A model generated the notes under the pieces. It saw only the letters and a program-made list of their open reading frames with translations, was not told the origin of the DNA and ran no database searches. Made by a program: the position numbers and the translations under genes. DNA of 63,445 nucleotides, the filler included, from Octopus bimaculoides (Eukaryota), in the NCBI RefSeq assembly GCF_001194135.2. It is 5 parts of 4 records of this genome, joined end to end, with 100 filler letters (N's around TTAATTAATTAA, not from the genome) between each part and the next. Parts side by side here need not be neighbours in the genome. Positions count along the whole stretch, not along the records: positions 1 to 28,483 come from NC_068984.1; positions 28,584 to 45,073 come from NC_068989.1; 3 more parts are not named here. The stretch is one strand, 5' to 3'. This document shows, piece after piece, positions 26,821 to 40,289 of the stretch. The first letter of the stretch is position 1. Each line of letters begins with the position of its first letter.

Positions 26821-26961
26821 TAAAATGCAACCAGTTTACTTTAAGTTTAGCACTCAAATAAGTGATCGCTGGATTTGAACTCAAGAGCGTAGCATCGAAA
26901 CAAATGCTTCCAAACATTTTATCTGGTTCTCCAACGACACTGGTAATTCGCCGGTTCATAA

Positions 26962-27004
<43 letters not shown>

Positions 27005-27022
27005 CTTGCACTCACTCCCACA

Positions 27023-27065
<43 letters not shown>

Positions 27066-28218
27066 CTTACATACATGCACACACTTAGTTAAACATATAA
27101 ACAATTTGTTTCTGTATACATTCATGTGTGTGTGTGTTTGATTTGTTTATACATATTTACAGAGATTTTTTTCATATATATATTAAATCTGAGCGTGTAT
27201 TTCTATGTAGACAGGAAATATGGACAAAGAAAATCGAGTGAATGCAACGTACGACCTACCTTCATACCACTCATGTTTCGCTTTATTTTTTATTATTTTT
27301 TTCTTCATTTGTATGGCACACACTTTTCCAGGATATGTGTTTATGTCTGTACGTATATGTGATTAAATATACCACTTGGAAAGAACTTAGCCAATCTCAG
27401 TCAATACATTTATTAAAGTTTTAATAAACCAAACCCATATAAGTTTATAATATAAGAAGTGATTGCTAGCAAGTGTGAAACACTCTTGAACGTATCAGCA
27501 ATAACTTTACACTCTCTCATAGCACATTGTTTTCCTTCACTTGATTTCATTTTTTTGTTTATTCATACTATTAATTCATTTAGCAATACATGTAATTTTG
27601 GCTAAGTGCGACGTTGAATAGATGTGTTGATTTTAAATCAATACACCATGATTTTTTTTTTTTGTGAAATGTATNNNNNNNNNNNNNNNNNNNNNNNNNN
27701 NNNNNNNNNNNNNNNNNNNNNNNNNNNNNNNNNNNNNNNNNNNNNNNNNNNNNNNNNNNNNNNNNNNNNNNNNNNNNNNNNNNNNNNNNNNNNNNNNNNN
27801 NNNNNNNNNNNNNNNNNNNNNNATATAAGTATATATATATATATGCTTATATCTTTATATATATATAAAGATAGATAGATAGATAGATAGATTTGCGTGT
27901 ATATGGATGCACAGTAATGTGTGTGTGTGTATATACATGTCACTATATGTGTGTGTGTGTATATATATACATGTGTGTATGTGTGTACACACACACATAT
28001 ATATACATATACATGCATATATACATATACACACACACACACACATATATATAGATGGATAGATAGGTAGATGAATAGATAGATATACTTACAAACTTAC
28101 ATACATGCACACATGCAAGCATACATACACTCATACATACATACATGCATGCATAGCAGATGTATTCATTAGAAGCATTTTTACATAGCCATACACACCC
28201 TGACAAGTATACCGTTAC

Positions 28219-28255
<37 letters not shown>

Positions 28256-28527
28256 ACTCACTACAGACGCATGCGCATTTGTACCCAAGCACAGAAACAT
28301 TCATAATTTTCTTTCCACGTTATATAATATATTTTTATTTTTCAGCTGAACAATATTGGAGTCTTACATTTTTCAGAGTTTTTTTTTTCTTTCTTTATTA
28401 CATACACATGATTTTATGGTGTTCATCCTTTTTCCAGAGAAATTACTGAAAAATTTAATCAGAAATATTTGCAACCGATGATTNNNNNNNNNNNNNNNNN
28501 NNNNNNNNNNNNNNNNNNNNNNNNNNN

Positions 28528-28539
28528 TTAATTAATTAA
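28528..28539. other. Artificial scaffolding spacer TTAATTAATTAA inside a 100-nt gap
   Basis: Exactly 44 N on each side. The same construct occurs at 45118-45129, 59822-59833 and 62267-62278. It has stops in all six frames. Confidence 0.95.
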
Positions 28540-28788
28540 NNNNNNNNNNNNNNNNNNNNNNNNNNNNNNNNNNNNNNNNNNNNGCAAGTAGTTGGGTTCA
28601 GCATATTATCCTCCATTTTCTAATTGTTATACAAATTTGGAGTAAAACCTCCACTTTTACCCGCTCCCATTGATTGCACTTAGTATAGCACTAGTGTAGC
28701 AATAATTGGGTACCCTCCCAGCAGTATACTGGATAGATACTATCCCTTAGTGTGTTGAACCCCCAACCCCTAACTCTCTCAAGTTTTA

Positions 28789-28819
<31 letters not shown>

Positions 28820-28825
<6 letters not shown>

Positions 28826-29100
28826 TGCTTTCACTCGTGCTCTCTATCACAGAAAATGCCAAGCATTCAATTACATTTAGTGCTGGTAGATTTGAATGAA
28901 CATGTAGCAGATACATTTGCACCAAGCTTCCAGTGAAATATGAATAATTGCAACACCTGTTCATTTTTATAGCGTTTTTCGCCGAATCTTCTGGGAAGCA
29001 GAGATATTTGAAGGGACGCAACTCTACGTTTGGTATGTCAGCAATTATCTCCCTTAAAAGACGATCGCTTGTTTCAGTCACAAAGCAGTTATTGTTGACA
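28820..29100 (-). mobile_element. Possible mariner transposase N-terminal remnant
   Basis: EQVLQLFIFHWKLGANVSAT resembles the mariner HTH start (F.fKLG.nA.et). Heavily decayed. Confidence 0.45.
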
Positions 29101-29254
29101 AATCAATTTACTACATCTGTGTCAATATAATTATTAAATTTCTTAATGAGACTCACTTAATACTTTGCTAATTAGTTCTTTATTACTTATTACTATTTAT
29201 ATTTAAAAGAAGATTAAGCTTCGATGTGATGAAGTGTAATAATTTCAGCTAGGC

Positions 29255-29288
<34 letters not shown>

Positions 29289-29293
29289 TAACA

Positions 29294-29523
29294 TATAATT
29301 GCCAACCAAGTGTGACGTCCTATACAGGAGACTGCTACTGACGTTTATAGCCCCAGGAAGACATCCCTTCCAGCTGGCTAACGATATACATTCTGTGTCC
29401 GACTAATGTTTGCGAGGGGAGGTCATCGTTCCCATCTCTAGCCTTGGCGTGATACATATTGACTCGAGTTTCTGGGTGGTTACCCGTCTCCTGTTTGGAC
29501 GCCACACTTGGTTAGCAATTATA
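29294..29523. mobile_element. MITE, ~230 bp, with ~40-bp imperfect TIRs and TA-rich ends
   Basis: Left TATAATTGCCAACCAAGTGTGACGTCCTATACAGGAGAC versus reverse complement of right TATAATTGCTAACCAAGTGTGGCGTCCAAACAGGAGAC. Confidence 0.85.
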
Positions 29524-29849
29524 CGTTACGATTCCGTATTGCTACTGTTTATATCTCGCTTACAGATTTCATATNNNNNNNNNNNNNNNNNNNNNNNNNN
29601 NNNNNNNNNNNNNNNNNNNNNNNNNNNNNNNNNNNNNNNNNNNNNNNNNNNNNNNNNNNNNNNNNNNNNNNNNNNNNNNNNNNNNNNNNNNNNNNNNNNN
29701 NNNNNNNNNNNNNNNNNNNNNNNNNNNNNNTATATATATATATATATATATATATATGGAGAGAAAGGGAGAGGGAGTGAAGAGGAAGATAGAGAATTTG
29801 ATAAGTGCCAACTCTTGGCCCTGAGCTACTCCGTTGCTTCTGCAAAATA

Positions 29850-30078
29850 TTAATATGGTTCCGAGTTCAGTCTCACTGCGTGACACCTTGGGCAAGTGTC
29901 TTCTATTACAGCCGCGGGCCGGCCAAAGACGTAAACATATACACACCGGTTGTCAAGTGATGGTGGTGAACAAACACAGACACAAACATACACCAAATCC
30001 ACTCACAAAACTTTGATCGACCCGAGGCTACAGGAGAAGATATTTGCCCAAAGTGTCCTACCACACAGCTACGCCTGT
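29850..30078. mobile_element. Self-inverted chimeric SINE-A
   Basis: + strand head (~29852-29925) joined to - strand body and head (~29925-30078). Confidence 0.75.
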
Positions 30079-30349
30079 GTTTCGTCTTGTCACTAATTTC
30101 AATTTAACTATATTCCCTGACAATTCGCAAAGACCCTGCCCTTTCTCAACATTCTTCCATCTCTTACATTTTTCCCTTCTTTTACCCGAACTAATATGAC
30201 TATTACTAATTGCGGGTGCAGAACATCATTACTTTCGTCGGATTCTTCTGCTTTAGTATTTGGTATAAATTTCCTGCCTATCGCAGATGCTACAAGATTT
30301 AGCAGTTGACGTATACACTATACTGTAATGCTCTTAATCACAATCACTA

Positions 30350-31010
30350 GAAAAATGCCATAAAGTAAAAATGAAAGAAGTTGTGCAAAAAGAAGTTTTA
30401 AAAAGATTAGGTTGGACGTTAAGAATTGTGTTTTACCAAGGTTTGATGTGGAAGTCAATATTCAGCCAAATTGGTAAAACATAAAACTTGCAGCATCTAC
30501 AAAACGCGAGAAAATAAAGACAAAATTAAGCATAATGTTCAACATACTACTCTGTTGATTTCCAGATTTTCTTATAAATATGTTTTCTTGCTAATTTGAA
30601 GAGAAGTTTAACATAGAATGGCTATGGAGTCTATGGATCTGTCACCAGACTGAATATAATGGTTAAACATGCAAATGTCAAAAGAATGTACGGTCATTTA
30701 CAGAAAGAGGAAGATAATGTAAACTTCTCTGACGATAGAAAATTGGCTTGAAAACTTTATGAGGAACTTTAAACATTAATTTACCGGTGAGTTGCTACTA
30801 GTGATATCCCGAGGAACTGTAGAGGATTTCCAACAAAACATTATGCCTTTTAGAAAATGCACCAAGCCACTCAGTGAACTTAATAACGCTGTGTGAGTGA
30901 AATATAAGTCCAAGAACAGGATTTCTTTACTCCAGCCAACGGACCAAGGTATGATATCCCAAGGTATGTTTTCTGATAACTTTGAAAAAATTCAAAAAAC
31001 CATATGATGT
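30350..31010 (+). mobile_element. Decayed pogo/Tigger (CENP-B-like) transposase
   Basis: LCLLENAPSH (~30840-30870) and ISLLQPTDQGMI (~30920-30957) match the pogo DDD motifs; upstream HTH-like remnants. Confidence 0.8.
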
Positions 31011-31360
31011 AGAGAATAAACATACATACTGACAATAAGAATATGCTTTTCAACCTAACGTAGGTTTTCTGCGGGGCAAAAGAGAGTGCTCCATTTCCTT
31101 TCAGACAATTACTTTTATTTGGTGACTACGTACCCTACTAATATATCATTGTATAGTTGTTTATTTCCTAACGTATATGTCTACAATTTGAGTACTTAAA
31201 AATAGTATTTATTTTGAACTTTAGCTGAGAAATTTCGGGGCGGAAATTCGCACCACTCGCTTTGAGCTTATATAAAAATACTATTGTCATTATTTACAGG
31301 ACTGTAAAATACGGGGCCGTATGAAAAGAAAAAAAAAACAAAAACACATTCGCACCGAAA

Positions 31361-31441
<81 letters not shown>

Positions 31442-31504
31442 TACATAAAAATCAATAGTTTACATTATGATATTCCGCATTACGATAACACTTCTGTAAT
31501 GCAG

Positions 31505-31625
31505 GTAAGTCTGTATGTCATTATTCAGTGTTATTTCAAGATTTCTTGCCAATAGAGAAAGAGCCGGTTTCTAACCTAGATCCAAACTTCCATCATTGGA
31601 ATTTCAACATCAACGACAGGGCATG
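31505..31625 (+). repeat. Short dispersed repeat associated with (TATG)n; inverted copy at ~42845-42950
   Basis: Shared GATTTCT.GCCAATAGAGAAAGAGCCGGTTTCTAACCTAGA...CATTGGAATTTCAACATCAAC. Confidence 0.75.
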
Positions 31626-33090
31626 TATGTATGCATGTATGCATGTATGTATGTATGTATGACTGTATGGATGGATGCATGCATGCGTGCATGCAAGCCT
31701 GAATGTATGTGTGTAAATCTGTATCTATATATGAACATATATGTATATATATAGGTGTGTGTGTGTGTGTGTGTGCGATCACGCGCATGTGTGTAAGTGT
31801 GTGTGTGTACCTGTGTATGTGCATGGTGCTAAGACGCATACTCTACAAAAGTATATAACAAATCTTATTGAACTATAATTTGCCAACAATTATATATAAA
31901 ACCATAAATCATACGGGTGGTGACATAAGTTTATAGAGTGCAAACATGAGTAGATAGAGTTAAATTCTACTTCAAGATATGAAGTTAGCGATTGTATTTA
32001 GAGTAAAGCGATGTCATAACATTCATGCTTTTTCCAGTCGGAGACGTAAATCTATATAATAACCTGTTTGTTCATTCGCCCGTCATATTTTAGTTAGTTA
32101 GAGAGGTGGAGGTGAAGTAAAAGTGTGAGAGAGAGAGATAGAGAGGTGAGGAGCGTGGGCAGAGAAGAAAGAAGTGAGGAAGAAAGATGTATAATTAGGC
32201 CAAATGCGTCACGTTAGCTGGAGGGGGGTAAAGAACGAGGGAAAACGGTGAAAGAAAAGAGTGGGGAGAAGTGTTAACGACGTGCTGTAGGTTGGGGAGG
32301 GAAAGGTAAAGGGAAAGAGATATGTTTAGGATACAATATTGAGCTGAGGATGATATTGTGGTGGTGGGGTTAAAGAAAGGTAGATAGGGAGAAATGGACA
32401 GGGAGGGCAGTTACATTAAAGAAGAAATAGATGGAGAGGCAGAGTGAAAAGGAGAGAGAAGGGGAGAGAAAGAGAGAGAGAGAGAGAGAGGGGGGGGTAA
32501 GTGGGGACAGATAGCAATTGCATTGTCAAAGTAGTGATCATCGACAGTAAGAAAATGTAGATATAAACAAACAGCTGGACTGAAATGAAATGAAATGAGC
32601 TTTGTTACTGAAAACTATAGTGATGATGATGGTCGTGGCGGTGGTAATGTTTTGATACAGAATGGAATTGTCTTTTATTGAACTAAATCTATTATATTCT
32701 TCGTTCACACTCTATGCTTTAGTTTGTTAGAGAGGATGAGGAAATGGATGAGGGAGAGAAAGAGGAAATGTGATAATGAGTGAGAGGTCAGATTGCCAGC
32801 CGATGCATTACGCTGTCACTGATGTAGTTAGTGGAAGAGAGAGATGAAGAGAAAGGGAGAAATGTTAAAGACACGAAGAGGGGAATCACATGGTTAAAAA
32901 AAGTTTGTTGAAGAGGTAGAAAGAAAGAGAAAAATATAAAGAGCTTAGCAGAGGGAAATTTTAAAATCATATAATATATTATTGTAACTAGAAGAACAAA
33001 AGTGCAAATCATACTTTCTTTCTTAAATAGCTTCTCTTAATCATTTTTTTTATCTGAGGAATTTCCACTAGTATTATAATAATAGAGTAA

Positions 33091-33305
33091 GGCGGCGAGC
33101 TGGCAGAATAATTACCACGACGGGTTAAATGCTTAATAGTATTTCGTCCGTAATTACGTTCTGAGTTCAAAGGCCACCAAAGTCGACTTTCCCTTTCATC
33201 CTTTCAGGGTCGATATAATAAGCACCAGTCGAGTACTGAGGTCGATGTAATCGACTTAGCTCCTTCCCCAAAACTGCTGGCTTTGTGCTAAAATTTGAAG
33301 CCATT
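33091..33305 (+). mobile_element. tRNA-derived SINE, family B
   Basis: GGCGGCGAGCTGGCAGAA A-box head, GAGTTCAAA B-box, GTCGACTTT.CCTTTCATCC core, (ATT)n-like tail. Confidence 0.85.
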
Positions 33306-34638
33306 ATTATAATGGAGTATGTGAATATAGAACACTGCCCTATATGTTTAAGTAACCAAAAGTCCAGGTTTGCTCTGTTTAGACTAAGATGAATACCATA
33401 AAACTTTAAAAGTTTCAGTTTGAATGTATCTTCACAAAAGCTTAATTTTTGATATCTCTTTTTAAGGTTTAAACATTGCTGTTATTCTGCTTCAATATTT
33501 CTCACGATGGCATGATGGCTTCCTATCTACTCACTTCCCTTTTGAGCAAATAAGCCGTGAATTTTCATGTTAATATTGTTTGGAAAAGCGTTTGGGAGTT
33601 CTGTTTTAAACATTCAGGATTCTTAATCTTCGATATTATTATTATTGTTCATATTTGTACTGTTATTCTTTAATATGGGAGTATGTGGTTGTGATGTTTA
33701 AACCTCGTAATACTAAACAGATTGAGACCACTCCACCCTAATGAATTTATGGTACAATCTTCATGTGAACTTTAAACTTCCATCAAAACTTCATGCTAAT
33801 TTATATTCCAAATTCCTGGTTATGAATGACATAATTAGCTATTTCACTAATTTCTTCATTTTTATCAAAACTAATTGAAAGAAAAGTGTTAAGGTGATTT
33901 GGCTGTGCTTTCTAGCAGAACGAATAACCACATGGAAGTTTTATTATGAGATCAATAACAATAGTTGTAGTAACAATAATGTTACTACCGTCATTTACTG
34001 TCAATTAAAGTAATTTTATATAAGTGCAAATCCCTTCAATTATTTTACATTAAAATGGCGAATCGATACGTGCTGATATTCATTTGATTTTTTAATTATT
34101 AAACAGAAATAAAATATATCGCCATTTATAAATTCCTCTTCTGAAACCTATAAAATTATATTTTTGCTTTATTTTCCAAATTCGTTATCAATTTATCTTT
34201 CTAGAAAAAAATCACTAAATGTGGAAAATTACTGCGTATATTTCGAAGAAAAGGGATTGCATAAAATAAGTATCGGTTTACATTAATAGATCAAGTATAA
34301 AGTGCAAAAATATATCAGATTACTTGAAATGCGGAAATGAAAACAAACCAAGAAAATGGCATTTTAAATTGAAAAGCGCATAAATTACGATTAGAGTTTT
34401 AAAAGCAAAAGCCACAGTAACTTATAATCAATTAGAAACCATATTAAAAACCCATTAACTTTTAAGATAAAATAATGTTGTAAAGGTCAGTAATACTTCC
34501 ATTTTCAAAGTATGCTTTATGAGAAAATGACATTTCTATAACTTAGAAGTATTTGACTAACCAAATTTTAAAAAATTATATGAATTATTCAATGATGTAT
34601 AAGAGTTTACATTAATTATGAATCTGCTGTGTTTGCAG

Positions 34639-34727
34639 CCAGCGCTTTCACGAAAATAGGCCGTTATTCTTCACATTTACCTTTTTTTTCAAAACGCTAT
34701 ATTTTTTCACAATTGTCACCCCTAACT
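34639..34727 (+). CDS. Candidate upstream exon of the WSC gene (hydrophobic, signal-peptide-like)
   Basis: tttgcag| acceptor, |gtgagt donor, phase 2 to 1. Reads QRFHENRPLFFTFTFFFKTLYFFTIVTPN and is in frame with 39117. No ATG inside; could be chance. Confidence 0.3.
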
Positions 34728-35339
34728 GTGAGTTTCGGTGTACATCTCCACTCAAATTCTTTTGTTGAAGAATTTGAATTTAAAAAATTTTCTTTAGTAC
34801 TCTTGTATTTCAAGCAAAGGAAGTACATTTCTGTAATTTAAAATAAGTTGCATTTTTGGATATTTTTACACTTCCCAGAACATTTTAGGGAGTATAAAGC
34901 TAGTTACTTCCAAGGAAATGAGGCCATAGATAGCTATGTTAAAGACGTTCTTTAGCCAGGAAAGATCTGACAAATGGTGGTGGTAAAGATGTGAAAACAA
35001 AACTTAATTTAACATCAAGTAGCATGAATATAATACGTCTAGAATGACAATATGCCCCGGTGGTGCTTGATCAGAGGTTAAGGACTGATGAGAATTAATT
35101 TTCTAATGTATTCGTTCTATTGTTACAATCCCAACTTCAATTCCAATTGTTGGTCAATTCGTGCCAAAGTTCTTTTCTCGGGGTAAAATTACCGAAGCGA
35201 ATGTCATTTATCTCCCCCTTGATCTCTGACATCATCTGACGAACACCAACCAAGATGGCGTGAATCAGCCAAGGTTTACCTGCTAGAAATATCAACTCAA
35301 ATGCTTTTAAATCATATCCCGATGCTGGATTTTCAAGAA

Positions 35340-35476
35340 CCAAGTGAAAGGCAGATTTTCAATCCTAGGATCATCCTGATCCCAAAACAGTATAACACGT
35401 CTATGTAGAGCAAATGTAGACTGAGATACAGGGGTCCAGACGGACAGACAGAATTTTGCTTTTATTATTATAGATA
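35340..35476 (+). mobile_element. Possible non-autonomous Helentron/DINE-1-like element end
   Basis: GACGGACAGACAG microsatellite-like motif followed by CTTTATTATTATAGAT, recalled as typical of this class. Boundaries uncertain. Confidence 0.4.
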
Positions 35477-36551
35477 TATTTTGCATTATTTTCATTTAAA
35501 AATACGTTTCAGTTCTCCTGGATAAGGTTGTAACTGAAGGGGCATGACTTACCCATTCTCTCAGCTGTTTAAATCTTAGAGCTTCACAATAATTATAAAG
35601 AATATTCATGTTACTATTGTCGTAACTTTCAGCCATAAGTTTACCGTTTTTTTGACGTTCTCATTTTCATTTTATATTCTATTTTGAACGTTTCCTTATC
35701 TGTTGTAAGTATTCACTCTATACTCTTTGATTCATATTTTCTCTTCTATATGCTGATGCACCCGTGCTTGTTCTAGTGTTTCGCCTCTCTGCTTCTCTTT
35801 ACGTCGTGGCCTATAACGTCTCATTCTTTCTCTTGTAAGCTAACGTCGTCTGTCATCCATATTTCATAAACTAACATGAATTCTCAATCGAGCAGACGAT
35901 AAATTATGGTGTATGATACGTGATATAAAACATTAATTCAATTAAAGAAAAAAAAATCACTTTTCACTTACCACCGCCATATTTACCAGCACCATCATCA
36001 CCACCACTATCATTCACCACCGTCATTATAGTTTTCAGTAAAAAAAATCTCATTCCAAGTTGTTTGCCAACCAAGATTATTTCAGTTCAGATGTTTGTTT
36101 ATATCTACTTCTCTTGCTGTCAAAGCAAAGTTCAAATTACAAATTTAAACAAATAATAATAATATCCACTGCTATTTTGCTAAGTTATTTCACTTTCATT
36201 GAAATATTTATCTTTCTATCTATGTTAAGTTTATTATCATATCTAATATAAGCCTTCCCTCTTCCGTTCAGCCACCGATGTATTCTATCTATCCACATCG
36301 GTGGATAGATAGAAGATATAAAATATTGAATATTAAAATGTTATTTTCTTGTCAGTCGCAATAATATATGATGTCTATTCTTGTTCAGTAATCATCTCTG
36401 GCAGGTTCGAATGTAGGTTACAAGGCTTGCTCCTGATCTGCAGCAACGATGACATCTGAGAACGCAGACCATCTCACTAAATTGATGTTAATAATAGAGA
36501 CACACAAAATAAAATTGAGGACCTAGTATATATATATATATATATATATAT

Positions 36552-36780
36552 ACTCTTTTACTCTTTTACTTGTTTCAGTCATTCGACTGCAGCCATCCTG
36601 GAGCACCGCCTTTAGTCGAGCAAATCGACCCCATGACGACTTATTCTTTGTAAGTCTAGTACTTATTCTATTGGTCTCTTTTGCCGAACCGCTAAATTCC
36701 GGGACGTAAACACACCAGCATCGGTTGTCAAGCGATGTTGGAGGGACAAACACAGACACACAAACATATACACACACACA

Positions 36781-36826
<46 letters not shown>

Positions 36827-36990
36827 CGACGGGCTTCTTTCAGTTTCCGTCTACCAAATCCACTCACAAGGCTTTGGTCGGCCCAAGGCTATATTAGAAG
36901 ACACTTGCCCAAGGTGTCATGCAGTGGGATTAAACCCGGAACCATGTGGTTCGTAAGCAAGCTACTTACCACACAGCCATTCCTACGCCT
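36552..36990 (-). mobile_element. Full-length SINE-A with internal (CA/TACA/TA)n
   Basis: Head GGCGTAGGAATGGCTGTGTGG...GGTTCCGGGTTTAATCCC and complete tail ending (GAGTAAAA)n. Confidence 0.9.
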
Positions 36991-37239
36991 ATATATATGA
37001 AACGCCTGTGTTAGAATGGAGGCAGCTGATGAAGGAAAATGTTGTCTATGTGGCCTGTGTGTTTTCTGTACTCTGGTTATTATTATTTTTTTGTCTATGT
37101 TTTGTTTGCAATGTACTGTACCCAGATATGCACCTATATATACAGGTAGATGTAGGTATGCACATACTTGTACGTATATATGCATATACTCATTTATTAT
37201 TTGTTTTATATATATACATATGTATACATACATACCATC

Positions 37240-38300
37240 CAGTGCACTAAAAACATTACGCATGGGTATGTTTCTGGAAAACCTGAAGATGACACTAATA
37301 CTGACAGGAAGTGTAGCCTTTCTCGAACTCGTGATTGCAGCTACACATAACACTTCGAACGTTATGGATTTGAAATCCAAGTGCAAGTGATAGCTACAAA
37401 TTGCCTAATAAACAAAATACGTAGTAAATCCCTTGAAAATCCGAGATACAACCAAAACTGTCTATTATGTCACATTTCTGTTGAAGACATCACCCATATC
37501 ATCATCAGCTACACAAAAATATCATTAAGGTGCTACTTCTCAATGCGACATGACTTAAATAATATTGAATGCCATCTAAAAAACAGACTCCAGGTATAAA
37601 GATTGAAAACATCCCCTATTATTGAAAATATGCATAAACATCAACATTCACATCAAAACTGCCACTAAGAGCAAATATAACCTACCGGATATCGTAGTTT
37701 GAGACAGACGTAAAAAATTGTGTCCCTCCAAAGAGATTACCTGCCTTGCTGACGTGGATGTCTCCTAGAACATCAAAGAGAAAGAGGGTAACTACGGCCA
37801 GCAGCTTCGAAGTTCTCATTTATACCAATGGTAACTGGTACAAATGTACCAGTTTTTTGTGAGGAAATGCTTAAATGACGGATCCAACCAGCTAACACGC
37901 ACATTAAGAATACAATCTGTAAGCGATACAGTTTAAAATGTGATACTGTTTTGTTTAATATTAGCTTAAAGGAGACTCCAAATGATTAAAAATAGAAGCG
38001 TACACACACACACACACGCACACACACACACACACACGTACATACATACATACATACATACATACATACATACATACAATCGGTGAACTATTGAGAAATC
38101 TGCTGTTACTCTATCCAGACTACAAGTTTAGGTTTATACCTGTAATTATTTCGGTGCTGGAATATGCAGCACACTGCCTAAATACCTATCTTGAGAAATT
38201 AAGCTTCTCAAAACCAGAAAGGGGAAAGCTAATTCGAAGACTACAGATCCAATCCATCACTGGAACAAAAAATCTGTAAAACTTTCCAGAAGTCTAGTAT
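37240..38300 (+). mobile_element. RLE-type LINE 3' part (R2/R4/NeSL group), split by a (CA)n(TACA)n tract
   Basis: CLLCHISVEDITHII...MRHD knuckle, YNLPDIVV..EITCLAD endonuclease. After the SSR (~38000-38078): MRNLLLLYPDYKFRFIPVII...IQSITGT. Confidence 0.85.
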
Positions 38301-38357
38301 TTAAATATATACAAGCATGTCTAGATATGTAACTATATGCATGAGAATACATGCATA

Positions 38358-38441
<84 letters not shown>

Positions 38442-39116
38442 AACATATATAACTGTATGTATGTATGATATATGTATGTATATGCGCAGATTTTTATGTT
38501 TCATTATGCATGTATATATATATATATATATATGCATATTAATGCATGCTTATATATATACACACATACATGCATACGCAGACACACACGTGCACACGCG
38601 CATACACGCACACACATATATACGCATCTATCTATCTATCTCTACACACATGCAAATATGTGAGTATGTATGTACATGTGTGTGTGTGGGTGTGTGTATG
38701 TGTATATACCCACGAATACATGTATGCGTATGTTTTATATATATATATATATGCACAAAGTGGATGCACGCGACTTTGTTTGTTACGTCGTTCCTAGCAA
38801 CCAATGTAATAGCGTTCTTCGTAGAAAAGCGACTCCATATTGTTAAATCGAAGTTCAGTATTGTATCAGATGTGGTGTTCTGAAATACGGAATGTTTAAA
38901 CTTTCGTTTATAACTTTACTAAAACTCGCATTTTACGTCAATTGTCACGCAGGAAAAGCCCCAAGTATGTATAAGATCTCATTATTTTCTTTTCTTTATC
39001 ATGAGTCTTTGTGCTATTTTCGTTTTCGTAAATTTTTGCTATTACATCCGTCACCATTTGAAGATGAAATTTGTTTTTTCTCTGGCTTTTGATGTGTTTT
39101 GAATGAATCTTACTAG

Positions 39117-39146
39117 CAAAACCGTCGGAAATCAGTCGTTATTCAG
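39117..39146 (+). CDS. Probable 30-nt micro-exon of the WSC-domain gene (KPSEISRYS)
   Basis: tactag| acceptor and strong CAG|gtaagc donor, phase 1-1. Splicing to 41253 gives ...RYS-V-YIGCY. Confidence 0.5.
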
Positions 39147-39169
39147 GTAAGCCCTCGCCTACAATAGGC

Positions 39170-39362
39170 AAAAGGCCTGAAAATTTGGAACTAGGAGACT
39201 GTCGATTACATCGACTCCAGCACTGGTACTTATTTTATCGATCCTGGAATTATGAAAGACAAAGGTGACTTCAACGGAATTTGAACTTAGTATGTAAAAC
39301 CGGAAGAAATGCTACTAAGTATTTTGTCCGGTGTGCTTACGATTCTTCCAGCTTGCCACCTT
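39170..39362 (-). mobile_element. SINE-B, ~25 bp downstream of the micro-exon donor
   Basis: Reverse complement of the 33091 family; a further tail fragment at ~39600-39650. Confidence 0.85.
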
Positions 39363-40289
39363 AGATAGTTGTAATGTTAACATTCAGCTTTACAACATTG
39401 TTTCACGTGATATTTGTTCCACTGAAGTCGGATGTAATAATTCTAAAATTGATAGTAAAAGTTTACGTTTTCTCCATATACGTAAATATAATTCAATTCG
39501 TATTTAATCATTGGAGTAATTTAGTTCTTTGTTCAGAAGAAAAAAATATTATCCTTGACTCTACCTAATCCGCAAAGCTATAAAATCTTTTCTATTATAT
39601 GTACAAGGCCTGAAACTTTTGTGGGAGGAGTCAGTCAATTACATCAAACCCTGTTGGACGATGTTCGGACGATGTTTGGCGACATTTACTGAACTCTAGA
39701 ATGAGAAGAAAACTGTGGGGTTGTTTACTACTGTAAAAAGTGCAGCTCCGTGTGGTTGAATACTTTTAGTAAATTTTTACAGTTGCATTCGTGCCATTTT
39801 GAACGTGTGGTTTATCAAAAGAATCAGATATTTTTTTACGGTTTTGATGGTCATTCGCCCAAAACACAACAGAAACCGTAAGGAAAACAAATTTCACAAT
39901 TTTCACCTTCAAATAAGACGGGTGTAACAGTACATTCATGCCGTTTGTTTCCCATAGCGTTTATTTCTATGTGTAGCTTCAGATGCTCGTCTGGTAAGGG
40001 TAACTTTGAGGTAAAAATTTATTGTTGCACCTGTCTTAGAATTATGACGATATTGATGGTCACATTTGTAGAAAACATCTCCAAATTCATTTGAACAACA
40101 TAAATTCTACTTACATAGATTGATGGACTCACAAATTTGCCGATGGAATTAACTAAAGGGAGTTTCCATTTCGTAAAGTTCCCTCAACTTTTACATTCCT
40201 ATGACGTCTCACCAACATCTGGCATTTTTATGAAGTGTGTATAGAATCAATATAAGAAATTATCTAAATAAAACCTTTTTGTTTTCATT

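Noticed and set aside
28437-28483. Possible exon start EITEKFNQKYLQPMI after tttttccag
   Set aside because: Cut by a gap; too short to assign, no donor visible.
31458-31510. Perfect CAG|gtaagt donor
   Set aside because: Weak acceptor, and it sits at the edge of a dispersed repeat.
35137-35495. Protein-like ORFs 35137-35343 and 35307-35495
   Set aside because: No recognisable domain or consistent splice frame; overlaps a probable non-autonomous repeat.
36995-37060. CTGATGAAGG hammerhead-like core (also CTGATGA at ~35083)
   Set aside because: No correctly placed downstream GAAA or stems.
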